A DNA stretch of 64,000 nucleotides from Callorhinchus milii (Eukaryota): positions 55,864,001 through 55,928,000 of the forward strand of contig NW_024704743.1 of the NCBI RefSeq assembly GCF_018977255.1, in the 5' to 3' direction. A model generated the notes under the pieces. The model was not told where the DNA came from and did no database searches. It saw only the letters and a list, made by a program, of their open reading frames with translations. Shown here piece after piece: positions 25,831-38,870 of the stretch. Position 1 is the first letter of the stretch, and every line of letters starts with the position of its first letter. Made by a program: the position numbers and the translations under genes.

Positions 25831-26924
25831 TAGTGTTGGGTTTGTAAAATCTGGACATTGCCAAAAGGTAAAAAAGTTTAATGAAAAATAACAGCCCATT
25901 TTGCACATTAGCCTTTATTTGGACGTTGCCAATTTGGATTTTGTGTGCCACAAAAGTTGTACAATAGAAGTTAAAATAATGTTGACTGACTGTAGATTAT
26001 TCTCATTACTACTTATTCCGTATGAAGTTTGCAGGTTATCTTAATTCAGATTGCACATAGGCATCCATTTCACACTGGTTATTAAACTTTTAGCAGTTAT
26101 CACAGTCAATTATTAGGTAAAACCTTTTGATAAACTGCATATTTGTATCTTACACTTTTGGAAAAAAATATCTGCAACCTGTAAAGATACATTGGGATTG
26201 TTTGCCAGAACACCAGGAGACATTCCCTTCCTGTTTTGAAGTTATTGGATCTTTAATGTTCACCTAAAGAACAGGCACACAGAATATAAGTTTATCATCT
26301 CATCCAAAAAATGGCACTTATGCAAATACACCTCCACCACCATCTTCACTTTTCAGTGGAGGCTGGCTGCAGACATTTACCTCCCCATTACCTCTGTCAT
26401 ATCACATATCAATACAAGACTGATGGCAAATAGAATTCTGTGGTAGTTTCACTATAACCTCCTGATTCACCACTTCTTTTCTGAAATTTGGAAATTAATC
26501 AGTGGACGCAAAATAAGTCACTTTTTCTTGAATTGAATTAGACACACATGGAATTCTCCTTATCCCCTTCCCATACAGGAGTGCATGAATAACTAGTATT
26601 ATGGACATCCCTTTCTGAAATTAAGCAGATTGAAACTCCAAGTTGAAAACCTTGAGTTAAGCTGGTATTTCCTGAACTGGTGCAGATCTATCATTATCAG
26701 GATCAAAAGTATTGGTGGCCAGCTCCACTGCTAGAAGGTTTTGATTGAACCCATTTTAATAAAGTTAAGGGAACTCCCCCACAGTCTGTATTATCATTGG
26801 GATATCTCCAGAATCTGAATTTTACGCCTTGATTAACTGATTCTGTATCATCATGTTAATTAACATATTGACACAGAGAAATGTCATCAGTTCTAGATGT
26901 ATTCTGTTTATGTAATATTTTGAA

Positions 26925-27060
26925 CTGACCAAAATTTGGCAAATTCCTCAATTGAGCCTCAATTTTCAAACTTTTTTTCTGCAACTTCTTTTTTAGAACT
27001 AAAGGAAATCATTTCAAAGTTAAGACTGAATGCACCAATTTACCAAATTCTGAAATATTC
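26925..27060. mobile_element. Palindromic MITE-like repeat (CAGAATTTGRCAA family)
   Basis: aaatttggcaaattcctcaattgagcctcaattttcaa ... ttcaaagttaagactgaatgcaccaatttaccaaattctg inverted arms. Confidence 0.55.
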
Positions 27061-27186
27061 ATATATAGAGTTCATCCTGACCCAGGTGAAATTTCTCCCC
27101 ATCAATATGTTGAAAAAAAAATCTTGGTTAATCTATGAGCTCTTTTCAAAAAGCATTTTCTTATGTTAACGTCACCATGTGCTCAG

Positions 27187-27580
27187 ATGTTAGCCTGGCT
27201 CAGTTGGTAGTGATCTAGCTTCCGAGCGAGAAGGTTGTAGGTTCACACCCCACATTGGGAATTTGAATTCCGGTGCATTTTTGGGTGTGCATTGTCAGAG
27301 GCCGTGTCCTTTGCATAAAATGTAAAAATGATGTCCCACTTGCTTGTTCAGGTGGACATTAAAAATCCATGGCACTATTGAAAAAGAGAAGGGTGTTTCT
27401 CCCGATGTCCTGGCTAACAGTCCCCTAAATAAAATTATTCATCACTTCATGACTGTTTGCAGGACATTACTGGGCAGATATTGGCTGCTGCATTTGCCAA
27501 CAAGTATAGAGTCATTATTTTTACTGTAAAATTCTGTGAAGTTCTTTGAGATATTTTTCTGATGTGAACGGAGATATATT
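27187..27580 (+). mobile_element. DeuSINE-type SINE
   Basis: tgttagcctggctcagttggtag head; ttcaggtggacattaaaaatccatggcactattg core. Confidence 0.8.
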
Positions 27581-27631
27581 GAATAGTGCCACAGAATCGT
27601 TAACTTCCACCTGCACAGGCAGACAGGACCC

Positions 27632-27985
27632 AGACTCATAGACTCATAGAATTATACTGCACAGAAGGAGGTTAACCGGCCCATCATGTCTGTACCGGCT
27701 CTTTGAAAAGAGCTATCCAAATCAATCCCAAATCAATCGCTCTTCCCCGTAACCCTGCAAACTTGTTCTCCCCAAATAATTATCTACTTTTTTTTAAAAG
27801 TTGTTATCGAATCAGCTTCCACCACCCTTTCAGGCAATGCATTCCAAATCCGAACAACTCGCTGTGTGAAAAAATTTCTCCTCAACTCCCCTGTTTCTTT
27901 TAATAACTATTTTGAATCGGTGTCCTCGGGTTACCGACCCATCTGCCAGTGGAAATAGTTTCTCCTTTTTCATCCTATCAAATCT
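27632..27985 (-). mobile_element. CR1 LINE 3' end
   Basis: Tail repeat (agactcat)x2 followed by agaa...cacagaaggagg; similar to 28337-28690. Confidence 0.85.
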
Positions 27986-28058
27986 GACCTTCAGCGCTCT
28001 GACACATTATCCCACATGAAGGGCACCACATGAAATCAAATTGTTGTTGTATGCATTA

Positions 28059-28083
28059 TTTGTTTGTTTGTTTGTTTGTTTGT

Positions 28084-28176
<93 letters not shown>
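28059..28176. repeat. Compound microsatellite (TTTG)n then (ATTG)n
   Basis: Directly visible tetranucleotide arrays. Confidence 0.97.
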
Positions 28177-28336
28177 AAGGCAACTCAGCCGGATGTGTCA
28201 GCCTGGATCAGTTGGTAGCACTTTTGCCTCTGAGTCACAAGATTGTGGGTTCAAGTTCCACTTTGGGACTTGGACCTCATACAGTCTATGCTGACACTCA
28301 AATGCAGTGCTGGGGGTGTACTGCATTGTTGGAGGT

Positions 28337-30492
28337 TCATAGATTCATAGAATGTTACGGCACAGAAGGAGGCCATTCGGCCCATCGAGTCTGTGCCGGT
28401 TCTTTGACAGAGCAAGTCACTTTCACTAACCCCAATCACCAGCTTTCTCCCCATAACCCTGCAAACCCGTCTTCCCCAGATACCTATCCAGTTCTCTCTT
28501 AAAAGCTGTTATCGAATCGGACTTCACTACCCTTTCGGGCAGATCATTCCAAATTCGAACAACTCGCTGAGTGAAAACATTTCTTCTAACCTCCCCTCTG
28601 CTTCTTTTGGTAGATATCTTTAGACTGTGACCACGGGTCACAGGCACACCTACCAGCGGAAACAGCTTTTCCTTATCTAGCCTGTCGAAACCTTTCATGA
28701 TCTTGAAGACCTCTATCAGGTCCCCCCCGTAACCTTCTCTGCTTTAACGGGAAAAGTCCTAACTTCTCCAGCCTGTCCTCATAGCTAAGCTTCCCCATTC
28801 CTGGTATCATTCTCGTGAATCTCCTCTGCACCCTTTCCAGTGCCTTAATGTCCTTCCTGAAGTAAGGTGCCCAGAATTGGACGCAGTACTCCAGCTGAGG
28901 CCTAACCAGTGTTTTGTATAGATTAACCATAACCTCCCTACTCTTATACTCGATGCCCCTACTACAACAACAACAACAACAAGATTTAATAAAAAAAAAC
29001 CTTCACGTCGGGAGGATGTCCCAAGGCGCTGGACAGTTGGATCAGGACCCACGCAGGGGGGATATGGTCAGGGTGAGGGGAGGGAAGGGAGGGAGCGAGG
29101 AGGGGGTAGAGAGTGAAATAAAGCTCAGTACACCAAATGCCTTTTTTACTGCCTTATCTACCTGCCCCGCTACCTTTAATGATTCGCTTACTTGAACACC
29201 CAGTCTTCTTTCTGTCACTCAGCCAGTTCTTAATCCAAACTGGCACTGTCCCCTTAATGCCGTGGGCCTCTAATTTTTTTATTAATCTCTTATGCGGTAC
29301 TGTGTCAAAAGTGTTTTTGAAATCCATGTAAATAACGTCCACCGCATTTCTCTCATCAACCCTCGCAGTCAACTCTTCAAAAAATTCTATTAGATTTGTT
29401 AGGCAAGATTTGCCTTTAACAAATCCATGTTGGCTGTCTCTAATTACCTCATGTTCCTCTAAGTAGAGATTTATTCTGTGCTGGATTATGGCCTTCAGTA
29501 GTTTTCCTATTACCGATGTTAGGTTGACTGGCCTGTAATTTCCGGGTTTGTCTTTCTGCCTCTTTTTGTAGAGGGGGTTAACATTAGCCACTCTCCAGTC
29601 TCTTGGCACTACTCCTGTGTCCAATTGAAATATAATGGCCAAAGCCTCTGCTATTTGAACCCGTATCTCCCACAGCAACCTTGGGTGAAACCCATCTGGT
29701 CCTGGTGACTTATCAATTTTGAGCCCAGTCAATCTTTTCAGAACTTCCTCTCTGTCTATAGTAATCTGATCTATTTCCTCTACTCTCTCATCCAATACTG
29801 CGGCATTTGGGGCATCCATTTCCGTTGTGAAGACAGATGCAAAGTACTTGTTCAGTACATCTGCCTCCACAACAAGATTGCCGTCATTGTCTTTGATTGG
29901 CCCCACCCTACCTTTAACTAACCTTTTTTCCTTTATGTGCTTGTAAAATATTTTAGGATTCCCCTTTATGTTACCCGCTAACCTCTTCTCATGCGATCTT
30001 TTAGCCTGTCTTATCACTCTTTTAAGATCACTCCTGCATTCTCTATAATGCGCTTTGCTATCCTCAGTATCTTGCATCTTCCAATTGTCGTACGCCGGCT
30101 TCTTCTTTTTCATCCTAGACAGAATATCCCTGGTCATCCAGGCTGGCTTGGTTGTTGCACATTTCCCTTTTGTGGGAATATATCTATTTAGACCTTGAGC
30201 TATCATATCTTTGAAGATCTCCCATTGCTCATGAGTTGTTTTACCTGCTAGTCTTACTTGCCAGTCCACCAACTCTAGGTCCCTTTTTAGCCTATCAAAA
30301 TTAGTCCTTTTCCAGTCAAGCATTTTCACCCTTGACTGTACTTTGTCCCTGTTCATGAGTAATCTAAATCTAATAATATTATAATTATGCTTCCTTCCTC
30401 GTCAGAGTGGAGACATACTGCTCAAGAAAATTTTCCTGTACACAGTTTATGAATCTTTCTCCTGCCTTGCCTTTAGCGCTGCTATTTTGCCA
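28337..30492 (-). mobile_element. CR1 LINE, 5'-truncated, ORF2 partly open (400-aa ORF 29154-30356), RT core internally deleted
   Basis: KSPGPDG, PGNYRPVNLTSVIGKLL, QHGFVKGKSCLTNL, DVIYMDF motifs; C-terminal [19 protein letters not shown]; tail tcatagattcatagaa. Confidence 0.95.
28963..29114 (-). mobile_element. Short L2 3' tail inserted in the CR1
   Basis: (CAA)n followed by ttcacgtcgggaggatgtcccaaggcgctg...gtcagggtgaggggagggaaggg, the reverse complement of about 42800-42935. Confidence 0.9.
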
Positions 30493-31028
30493 GAGGTGTG
30501 TCCTTCAGGTTGAGATGTTAAACTGAGGTCCTGTCAGGCTATTCAAGTGGACTTTGAAGATCTCATGGTACTATTTGAAAAGAGAAGGGAGTTTCTCTCA
30601 GTGTCCTGCCCAACAATCCCCTAAATATAATTGGTCACTTACTCCATGGCTGTTTGGGACATTGGTGTGTGCAAATTGGCTGCCATGTTCACCCACAAAA
30701 TATGCAGTCAATCCACTTTAGTATATCCTGTGAAGCTCTTTGGGACATTCTCCTGACATGAAAGGTGGTTTAACAAATCAAGGATTATTTATTTATTATA
30801 TCTATGTTAAATACTGTCATTCGTGCAAAATAGAATGTTATGTACCTGTGTGGTAATCATGTTTGGATCCCACTTCACATATACCTTAAATTTAGTTGCT
30901 ACAATATTGAATCCAGAACAGCTATCTCTCAAAATATTCTCTCAAATGTGTGTTAATAACCAAATGATCGCATTGTAAGTGTTTGAGTCCAACTGCATAC
31001 AGTGCATATAGAGGTGAATTATGAAACC

Positions 31029-31970
31029 ATTAACCTGTCCCTCTCCTCTGGCTCTGTTCCCATTCCCCTCAAAACTGCCACTATCACTCCCACACTGAAA
31101 GAACCCTTCCTTGATGCGTCGCAGCTATCAAGCTACCGGCCCATCTCCAACCTCCCCTTCCTGTCCAAGGTTCTCGAAAGAGTCGTCGCCTCCCAGCTGC
31201 TCTCTTTCCTCTCCACCCATTCACTATTTGAAACCCTCCAGTCGGGTTTCCATGCTGCCCATAGCACGGAAACCGCCCTGGTCAAGGTCACTAAGCTCCC
31301 GCTTGGTGACATCATCCGCAGACATGGGGTTAACTTCCACATGTATGCGAATGACACCCAACTCGACATTTCCTCCTCTACCCTCAACTCCACGACCACC
31401 GATGTCCTGACAGCTGCCTGTCTGACATCGAGTCCTGGATGAGAAACAACTTTCTTCAGCTCAACGTGCGCAAAACTGAGGCCCTTCTGATTGACTCGCG
31501 TCAGCGCCTCCGCACCTCAGGCACTGACACCATCAGCATCCAAGGCTGCACTCTCCACCTCTCAAAGCCAATCAGGAACCTCAGGTTTTGTTCGACCCTG
31601 AGCTGTCCTTTCTCCCTCATATCCGCGCCACAACTGGCACCGCCTTCCATCACCTCCGGAATATCGCCAGACTACGGCACTACCTCACCCCTCACGCCGC
31701 TGAAACACTGTTCCACGCCTTTATCACCTCAAGGCTGGACTACGGGATCTCTCCTCGTCGGCCTTCCCGGCACCTCCCTCCACAAGCTGCAGGTCATTCA
31801 GAACTCTGCAGCTCGTGTACTGTCCCGCACCAGGCTTCGCGACCACATCACTCCCACCCTCGCTCGCCTCCACTGGCTCCCCATCCCCCAGAGGATCGAA
31901 TTCAAGATCCTCATCCTCACCTACAAGGCCATTCACGGCCTTGCTTCCTCCTACCTCTCCGACCTACTAT
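31029..31970 (+). mobile_element. Young L2 LINE fragment with in-frame RT deletion and no 3' tail
   Basis: [37 protein letters not shown]; highly similar to 41396-42520. Confidence 0.93.
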
Positions 31971-33519
31971 GAATGAATAAGGTCCTTCAAACAATCTGAT
32001 TTCACCTTTCTATAATGCAACCCAAACATTGTTCCATTACAACTTCAAATAGTTTCTCAATGAGTCCAATGTCTTGGCCTCTACCACCCTTACGTTATAT
32101 AATTTGTTGCTGTACTCTTAACCTGTGGAGATACTTTCAGATATCAGTAAATATCTTTGGCAGTGCAAGGGTTACCATCACTGTGCAGATGTATGAGCAA
32201 AGAAAAGGGACTGCATGGTAAATAATGATTGCACAAGGAAATGAGCTTTGCACATGTGAGAAGCAGCTTCATCGGATCTTTTATTATTAGTGCTGTTTGT
32301 GAACAGGCTGCAGATATTTGCTTTGTATAAATTAAGCACAATCATTTTTTTATTACATTACATTGGAGTCACCAGTTGCCTTGCAGAGAAATTGTTTAAA
32401 ACATCTGTGGCACTGTTGTGTGGCTGGCTGGCGGGGTAATAAATTGAACGTCTGCTCTAAATCCTTGCACCTGACAGGATATAAAACCAAAATTAAAACA
32501 GCTTCAAGTTAACTCTACCTTGCAGCTGGGACATTTATGTTTTTCAGGAGATTTTGCTTTCTCCACTTTTTCTTATTAAAACCATGTTATCAAAATGTAC
32601 CTGTATTTCTAATCGGGCTGCTTTTTTACCAGGCAAGTGATGCTAAGATAGAGGAGGTCAAATAAAATGTGCAAGAAAGGAAATATACAAATAAACTGTT
32701 CATTGCACGAGGGTGATTGTTTATCATCCATGCAATATTGGCATCTGATTCGCGGAAATTCCTAGACGTATGTCCACCGATTGCGAGACCTAAACAATAA
32801 TAATCATATCCTTGTATTTGATTTAGTGCCTTTGAAGCTGAAATGAAATGATTTTTTTCTGTAAGATGCAGTGACTGTGTATTTGTAGGTTAATGCTACA
32901 GTCCAATTTGCGCCTTGCAATATCCCACAAACAGTCAATAGGACCTCCATTTCAAGGCAATCTACTTCCCATTACCAGAGTTGCTAAGGGTCAGTGTGAT
33001 ACAAGTTTTTATTTGTGGCTCTTGTTCCAAATCACCAACTATTGTATCAGGTTCATAAAATGAAACTGAATATCACTGACTTATCGTTTCCCCGTTCTGA
33101 TTTGGATTTGATAGTAAATGGATCTGGTGTATATATGTTATACTGTGGGAAACAGAAAGCAAAATGATATTTTGTTTCTGACCATGGAAGAAAAAATAGT
33201 TATGCTTATTTCATGCAGCAGACCTTATGTAAGAAACTCTTCTTTCTGACAATGAATGGATCAGTTAATTTAGTATTTCCATATTCATGATCATTGAACA
33301 ATACAAACCCAAACTCCAATGTGCAGGGAAAACTTCCTTCAGCTGCATTTTCCCACGGATGCATTTCAGTCTATTCTGAAAAAGATACAGAATCTTACAT
33401 TAAAGTTTGAACATTAAATCAAACTAAGCCAACTCCATAGTTTCTCCAAGCAAAGACTGGATTTGTGTTTTTTTTCTCAATGTTCCCCAAAAACACAATT
33501 TTCCATCTTTGACAACAAT

Positions 33520-33905
33520 GTCAACCTGTATCAGTTGGTAGCACTCTTCCTCTGAGTCAAAGGTTGTGGGTCCAAAATCCATGTTGGGACATTGAACTCA
33601 TATAGTCTATGCTGACACTCTTGGAGTGCACAGTATTGTTGAAGGTGCTGTGCTTCGGGTGAGACAAGGTCCTGTCTGCCTGCTCAGGTGGATGTTAAAG
33701 ATCCCATGGCACTATTCAAAAAGATAAGAGAGTTTTTCCTAGCTAACAATCCCCCAGATAAAATTGGTCATTCATTTCATGGCTGTTTGTGTGATGTTGC
33801 TGTGTTCATCTATAAAATATAGAGTTGCTACACTGTACTGTAAATCCTGTGAAGCGCTTTAAGAATCCGTGTGAAAGGAGCTATACTAAATGCAAGGATT
33901 ATTTT
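33520..33905 (+). mobile_element. DeuSINE-type SINE
   Basis: tcagttggtagcactcttcctctgagtc head; caggtggatgttaaagatcccatggcactattc core; tail aaatgcaaggattatt. Confidence 0.85.
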
Positions 33906-34149
33906 AATGTGCAGAGCTTTTCCTGTTGTGCACAAAGGGAAAAGTTTACAGCTGAAATAAATATTAACAGCCACTGAATTGAAATGTACAAGTTGTATTC
34001 TACCTTTAATACTTACGCCCATAACATAGTTAGAACAGGCACCACTCTATGCTTCACTTGATTTGAAATATCTTAGTAAATTGAATGTTGTAATGAAGAA
34101 TTCTTAACAAAGCAAGTTGATCCTTTTCAAATGATTCAAAACAAATGAA

Positions 34150-34530
34150 CAAACAACAACAGCTAGTTGTATTTATATAATGCCTTTCATGACAGAAGAA
34201 CATCCCAAGGCACTGGCCGGTTGAGGGTTTGCATCTGAGGTGGTAGGTGGATTAAGAAGAAGTGGGCTAAAGGGATTGGGAAGATGTCCGAAGTGGTAGT
34301 CAAACGGAAGGTATTGAGATGGACTTTGAAGGAAGCAAGGGAGGGGCGAGGTGAAGGAACTCTGGGATGAAGTTCCAGAGAGTGGGAGAGAATGAAGGCA
34401 CAAATGCGATGGTGGTTGGAGGAAGCAGGTGGGTGGCAGGATTTTAGAAGGTCACAAAGGTAGGTTGGGGCAAGGTCTTGGAGGCATTTAAAAGTGAGGA
34501 CGAGGATCTTGAACTTGATCCGGTGGGGGA
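34150..34530 (-). mobile_element. Degraded L2 LINE 3' fragment
   Basis: CAA tail and gaggacgaggatcttgaacttgatcc (antisense RIKFKILV). Confidence 0.7.
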
Positions 34531-36116
34531 AAAAGTGATTTGAGTGTTTTGTTGAAAAGTGATTTCTAGCAAGATTCCTTAATCTGGATTTTGAATTACA
34601 AATGGAGACTCCTTCTGGATAGTTAGAATTACATCACTCCAAAACCAGGAACAACATTTACATAGTGCCCTTCATGTCGGGGATTGTCTTGAAGCATTTA
34701 TCAAGGACATGGTTGGAGACCAAGCAAGGGAGAAGGGGGAGGGATGGGAGGCAGCCATAGGTGTGATTAAAGAGAGATGACTTGAGTGTGACGAAGAGAG
34801 AAAGAAAAGGGACAATTTGGAGTGGAGAGACAGTGAATGGAACTCCCTTTGATGCAACCTACACTGCGCTAGATTGGCATGACCACACAGACCTGTTACT
34901 GGCAATTTGTGACTCCTCCCACTAAGTTTTGGAACAGCAACTTAGTCTTATAAAATCTTTCAAATAGGATGAATCCCTTGAAGCACTTTTCAACAATGAT
35001 GGGGATAATGGGGCCACCTCACAGTGGATAGAGGCCGACTGCTTTAACTGAACTGACCAAAATACTTAGAAGAAAGCTGGTAATCAGCAGTCTGCAGGTG
35101 ACCTTGGAGGCCAACTATGATAATAAAGTGGTGGGGTTAAGCTATAACCTGTGGACCAGTCATTATCTTTAGATACCATTATAAACTTATCTTTAGATAC
35201 CATTATGGTAACATAAAGGGGATAATAATAATAATTATCATTGTATTTGATATTGCACCTTATCATTTGGTCGAGACGTCTCAAAGCGCTTCACAGGATA
35301 TACTGTAGAGTGGAGTTACTGTGCATTTTGTGGGCGAATGCAGCAGCCAGTTGCTCACAGCAATGTCCCAAAACCAATCATTGAGTGAGTGACTAATTTG
35401 TTTTGGGGGATTTATTGGCCAGCTCCCACTCTCAACTCCCAACCTCAGCTCCCATCCTCTGTCCAGTGCCCAGAATTGTCAAGCATGTTGGGATGTCCAC
35501 CGATGTGAAAGGTGCTATATAAGTGTAAATTCTATTATTTTCTTAATAGACCCTATGATGTAAAACCAGAACACTTAATTGCGAAAATTCCCTTTGCAAC
35601 ATTTCTGCCATTTCTAGTTTTGCTCAATAGCTTATGTACTTAAACGGCAGGGGAGATTTTCCAGGAATTGAGTCTACTTCAACATTCTTCAATGCTGCAA
35701 CCCAGGCCCTTTAAACTGTCCAGATTTATCAATGTGAGCAGCAAAATAATCTTTACATTTGACAGACTGATCTATTCAGCAGCACACTAAACCCTTTATT
35801 ATCACAACATTCCTGTCAACTATCATACAAAACCATTATATCTCACTGTGAATAGAAAATCTGAAACCAAATTGCACATTTCAGTGTAAACATGTCAACA
35901 TGCAAGAGAAAGAAAGAGCTTGCACTCTTATAGCACCTTATCACATTGAAAGGTCTTCACAGGTAATTACTATCAAGTGCAGTGACATTTTTTGCAGGCA
36001 AATAAGACGGTCAATTACACCACCAAGATCGCCATAAGGTGAACGATCAATTAATCTGAAGAATTGTTGGTCAGAGAGAAGCCTGAGGGAAAATTCCTTC
36101 TCATATCATATCTAGT

Positions 36117-37402
36117 GTGTCAGCCTGGCTTAGTTGATAGCACTCTTGCCTTTGAGTCTGTAAGTCTGTAAGAAGGCTGTAAATTCAAAATCCACTTTGG
36201 GAATTTCAATTTACAATCTAACCTGACACTCCAATTCAGAATAGGGGATATTCTGCATTGTTAGAGATGCTGCCCTTTGAATGAAACATTAAATCAAGGT
36301 CCTGTCTGCCTGTTCAGGTGGACGTTAAAGAACCAGGCCTGGATTACCAATAATATAGGTAAACAATGCCTTAGGGCCCTGAGGTCTGAGCCGGCCCTGG
36401 CTATGATTGACACCTTAACCTCCCGGCTGCACCTCTCTTCCCTTTGTTCTCTCCTATGAGGCTGCGCGGAAAGTCATGGGAAGAGAGGCAGAGCTGGAGG
36501 TGACTTGTACCTCCAGTTCCACCCCTCTTGACATCAATTACTGCTCTGCCTAGTGCCTTTACAGCCTGCTGAGGTTGCACGAACAGGGAGGGCAAGAGAG
36601 TCGGAGCTGGAGGTATGAGTCAGACAAGGTCCAGGAGGTCAGATGAGGTAAGAGGCAGCATGGAGAGCACAAGTCATGTCTAGCAGCAATAGATCTTATT
36701 TTAGTTGTGCTGAAAGGAGATTTTGATGCAGACTTGTGCACTTTCTGGATTTCATATCATATATTGAGCATGGGAAAACTCTGCGAGAAGGCTAAGGTAT
36801 ATGAAATAGAATAATTTGGTGGAATCAACATTTCCAATTGTGTCAGTTGCTCCTTTTCTGTTCTTAATACCACCAGTAACAGTCTGTGATGGTGAACGCT
36901 CATTCTCAAAGACGAGTTTCATCAAAACATCACTCAGATCTACAATGATCCAGGATAGATCGAATGCACTCACAATCCCATCTATCAAGCACAATTTAAC
37001 ACATACACAAACTTTTGATCACTGTTTGCAACTATGATGTCAGGCAAAAAAGTATTTTTAAAAGGTATTGTTGCAAGTTTTGCATTCACAGTTTAAAGAT
37101 CACCCAGATGTGATCTGTTTTAGGGACCCTGATCCCTTAATCTGGCCCTGTAAAGATCCCATGGCACTATTCGAAAAGAGAAAGCAGTTTCTCCAGGTGT
37201 CCTGGCCAACAATCCCTTGAGAAAAATCAGTCATTCACTTCATGGCTGTTAATGGACAGTAGGATATCGCTGTGTGCAAGTTGATTGCTATGTTCACCTA
37301 CAAAAGTATACATTCACTACACTTTACAGGATATCTTGTGAAGCACTTTGTGACATCCTCCTCATGTGAAAGGTACTGTGTCAAACGTAAGGATTATTAT
37401 TT
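36117..37402 (+). mobile_element. DeuSINE split by a hAT element (SINE parts 36117-36333 and 37151-37402)
   Basis: ...ttcaggtggacgtTAAAGAAC | insert | TAAAGATCccatggcactattcg continues the SINE core. Confidence 0.88.
36334..37150 (+). mobile_element. Non-autonomous hAT DNA transposon (Tip100/ZMYM-like), internally deleted
   Basis: Imperfect TIRs caggcctggatta / taatctggccctg; 8-bp TSD TAAAGA(A/T)C; ORF 36816-37037 PVTVCDGERSFSK..IKTSLRSTMIQDRSNAL resembles the hAT C-terminal dimerisation domain. Confidence 0.9.
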
Positions 37403-38457
37403 TACTACATTTTATAATGAGATCTGCAACATCCACCTGACAGGAAGACAGTAATCTCAGTTTAACCTCTCATTCAAAGGACGGAGGGAGACTTAAACAG
37501 AAGAAAGACATATCAATCTGATTGTACTGGCTTCCTTCCTGATGGGAATAAGCATTAATTCTACAGTTGGTCAGACTTCAAGAGTAAGGAGAGGGAGAGT
37601 GGGGACAACCGTAAAGCTAAATATAAAATCAACAGGACTTTTTTTAAAAGGATGAGTGGGGTAAATGGCCACACTGTTGGAGATGTGTCTTTCAGGGGTT
37701 CGAAAAAGTTAATAACGTTTAGCTGGCAAAGGGATATCTAATAATACAAAATCAGAGACGTTGGAATGCTATTGGTTTAACTGATCAGAGCAAAATAATC
37801 AGAGTAAATCTAATGTCTGACTAAACTGGGCTCCAATGCTATAGATTGCAGGTCACCTTTGGACCCAACCATTGATAATGAATGGGGGAGTCTGGAACTT
37901 TGTACATGCTGTTGATATTAAGCTGCTGGAATCTGAAAGCTGTGTATGGAAAGAGAAGCTACACACAATCAGCTTAGCAAAAATGCTGATAAACCCTGAG
38001 TGATAACACGTGCTTCATATGGCAGAGTTTAAAGTGTTTAGAAAGGGCAGGAAAAACAAACCATGTTTCTGTTAGTAAATGAGGGCAGAACATTTATCAA
38101 AGGGGTGATTTAGCTTCACTTAAGGGGAAGTCTGAGTTAATATAAGTGGAAACCTGTGACAACAAGGGAAGGAAATGAATATTTGGAAATTGATGTACAT
38201 CACTGGAGTGAAAGGAAGAAATTAAAGGAATTATTTAAACATATAATGAAGGGGAGTGAACTCATTGCAAACTTAACCCTGAAAAACAGCTGGTCGATTC
38301 TGTCTTGAAAATATTAATGTGTACCTGAACAGGTTTGTAGTTTAATATCTGAACAGGTTTGTAGTTTGATATCTAAGAGCTATGAGATGCTACCCAGATG
38401 TAGGGTGTTTTAAAGATGTTAATATCTCATATGAAAGACAAAACCTCCAACAATATA

Positions 38458-38870
38458 GTATTAATATTAATACTTGCATTTGATATAGTACCTTATCACA
38501 TTGTTGAGGCATCTCAAAGTACTCCACAGGGTTTACTATGAAAGGACTGTGTATTTGCACTGTACTTGTGACTGTGAACATGGCTGCTAATTTACCCACA
38601 GCAATGCTCCACAAACAATCATGAATAGACTGACTCGTTTTACCTGGGGAATTCTTGGCCAGGACACCAGGAGAAATTTCCTTCTTTTTTTGAAAACTTT
38701 AATGTCCACCTAAACACGGAGACAGAACCTCAGTTTAATATCTAATTTGAAGAGCGACACCAAGCATAATGCAGCACTCACCCAGCACTGTACTGGAGTT
38801 CAAAGTCCAGACATGGGATTTGAACCAACAACCTCAGAGGTGAGAGTGCTGCTAATGAGCTGAACAGACG
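38458..38870 (-). mobile_element. DeuSINE-type SINE
   Basis: cttgcatttgatatagtacc tail; ggccaggacaccaggagaaa core; head at right. Confidence 0.8.

Larger units (their letters stand above)
28195..30800 (+). mobile_element. DeuSINE split by a CR1 insertion (SINE parts 28195-28336 and 30493-30800)
   Basis: SINE reads ...ctgcattgttggaggt | CR1 | gaggtgtgtccttcaggttgagatgttaaac...; GAGGT at 28332-28336 and 30493-30497. Confidence 0.85.

Noticed and set aside
29154..30356. 400-aa ORF as a functional reverse transcriptase
   Set aside because: CR1 ORF2 fragment, 5'-truncated and missing the catalytic FADD region.
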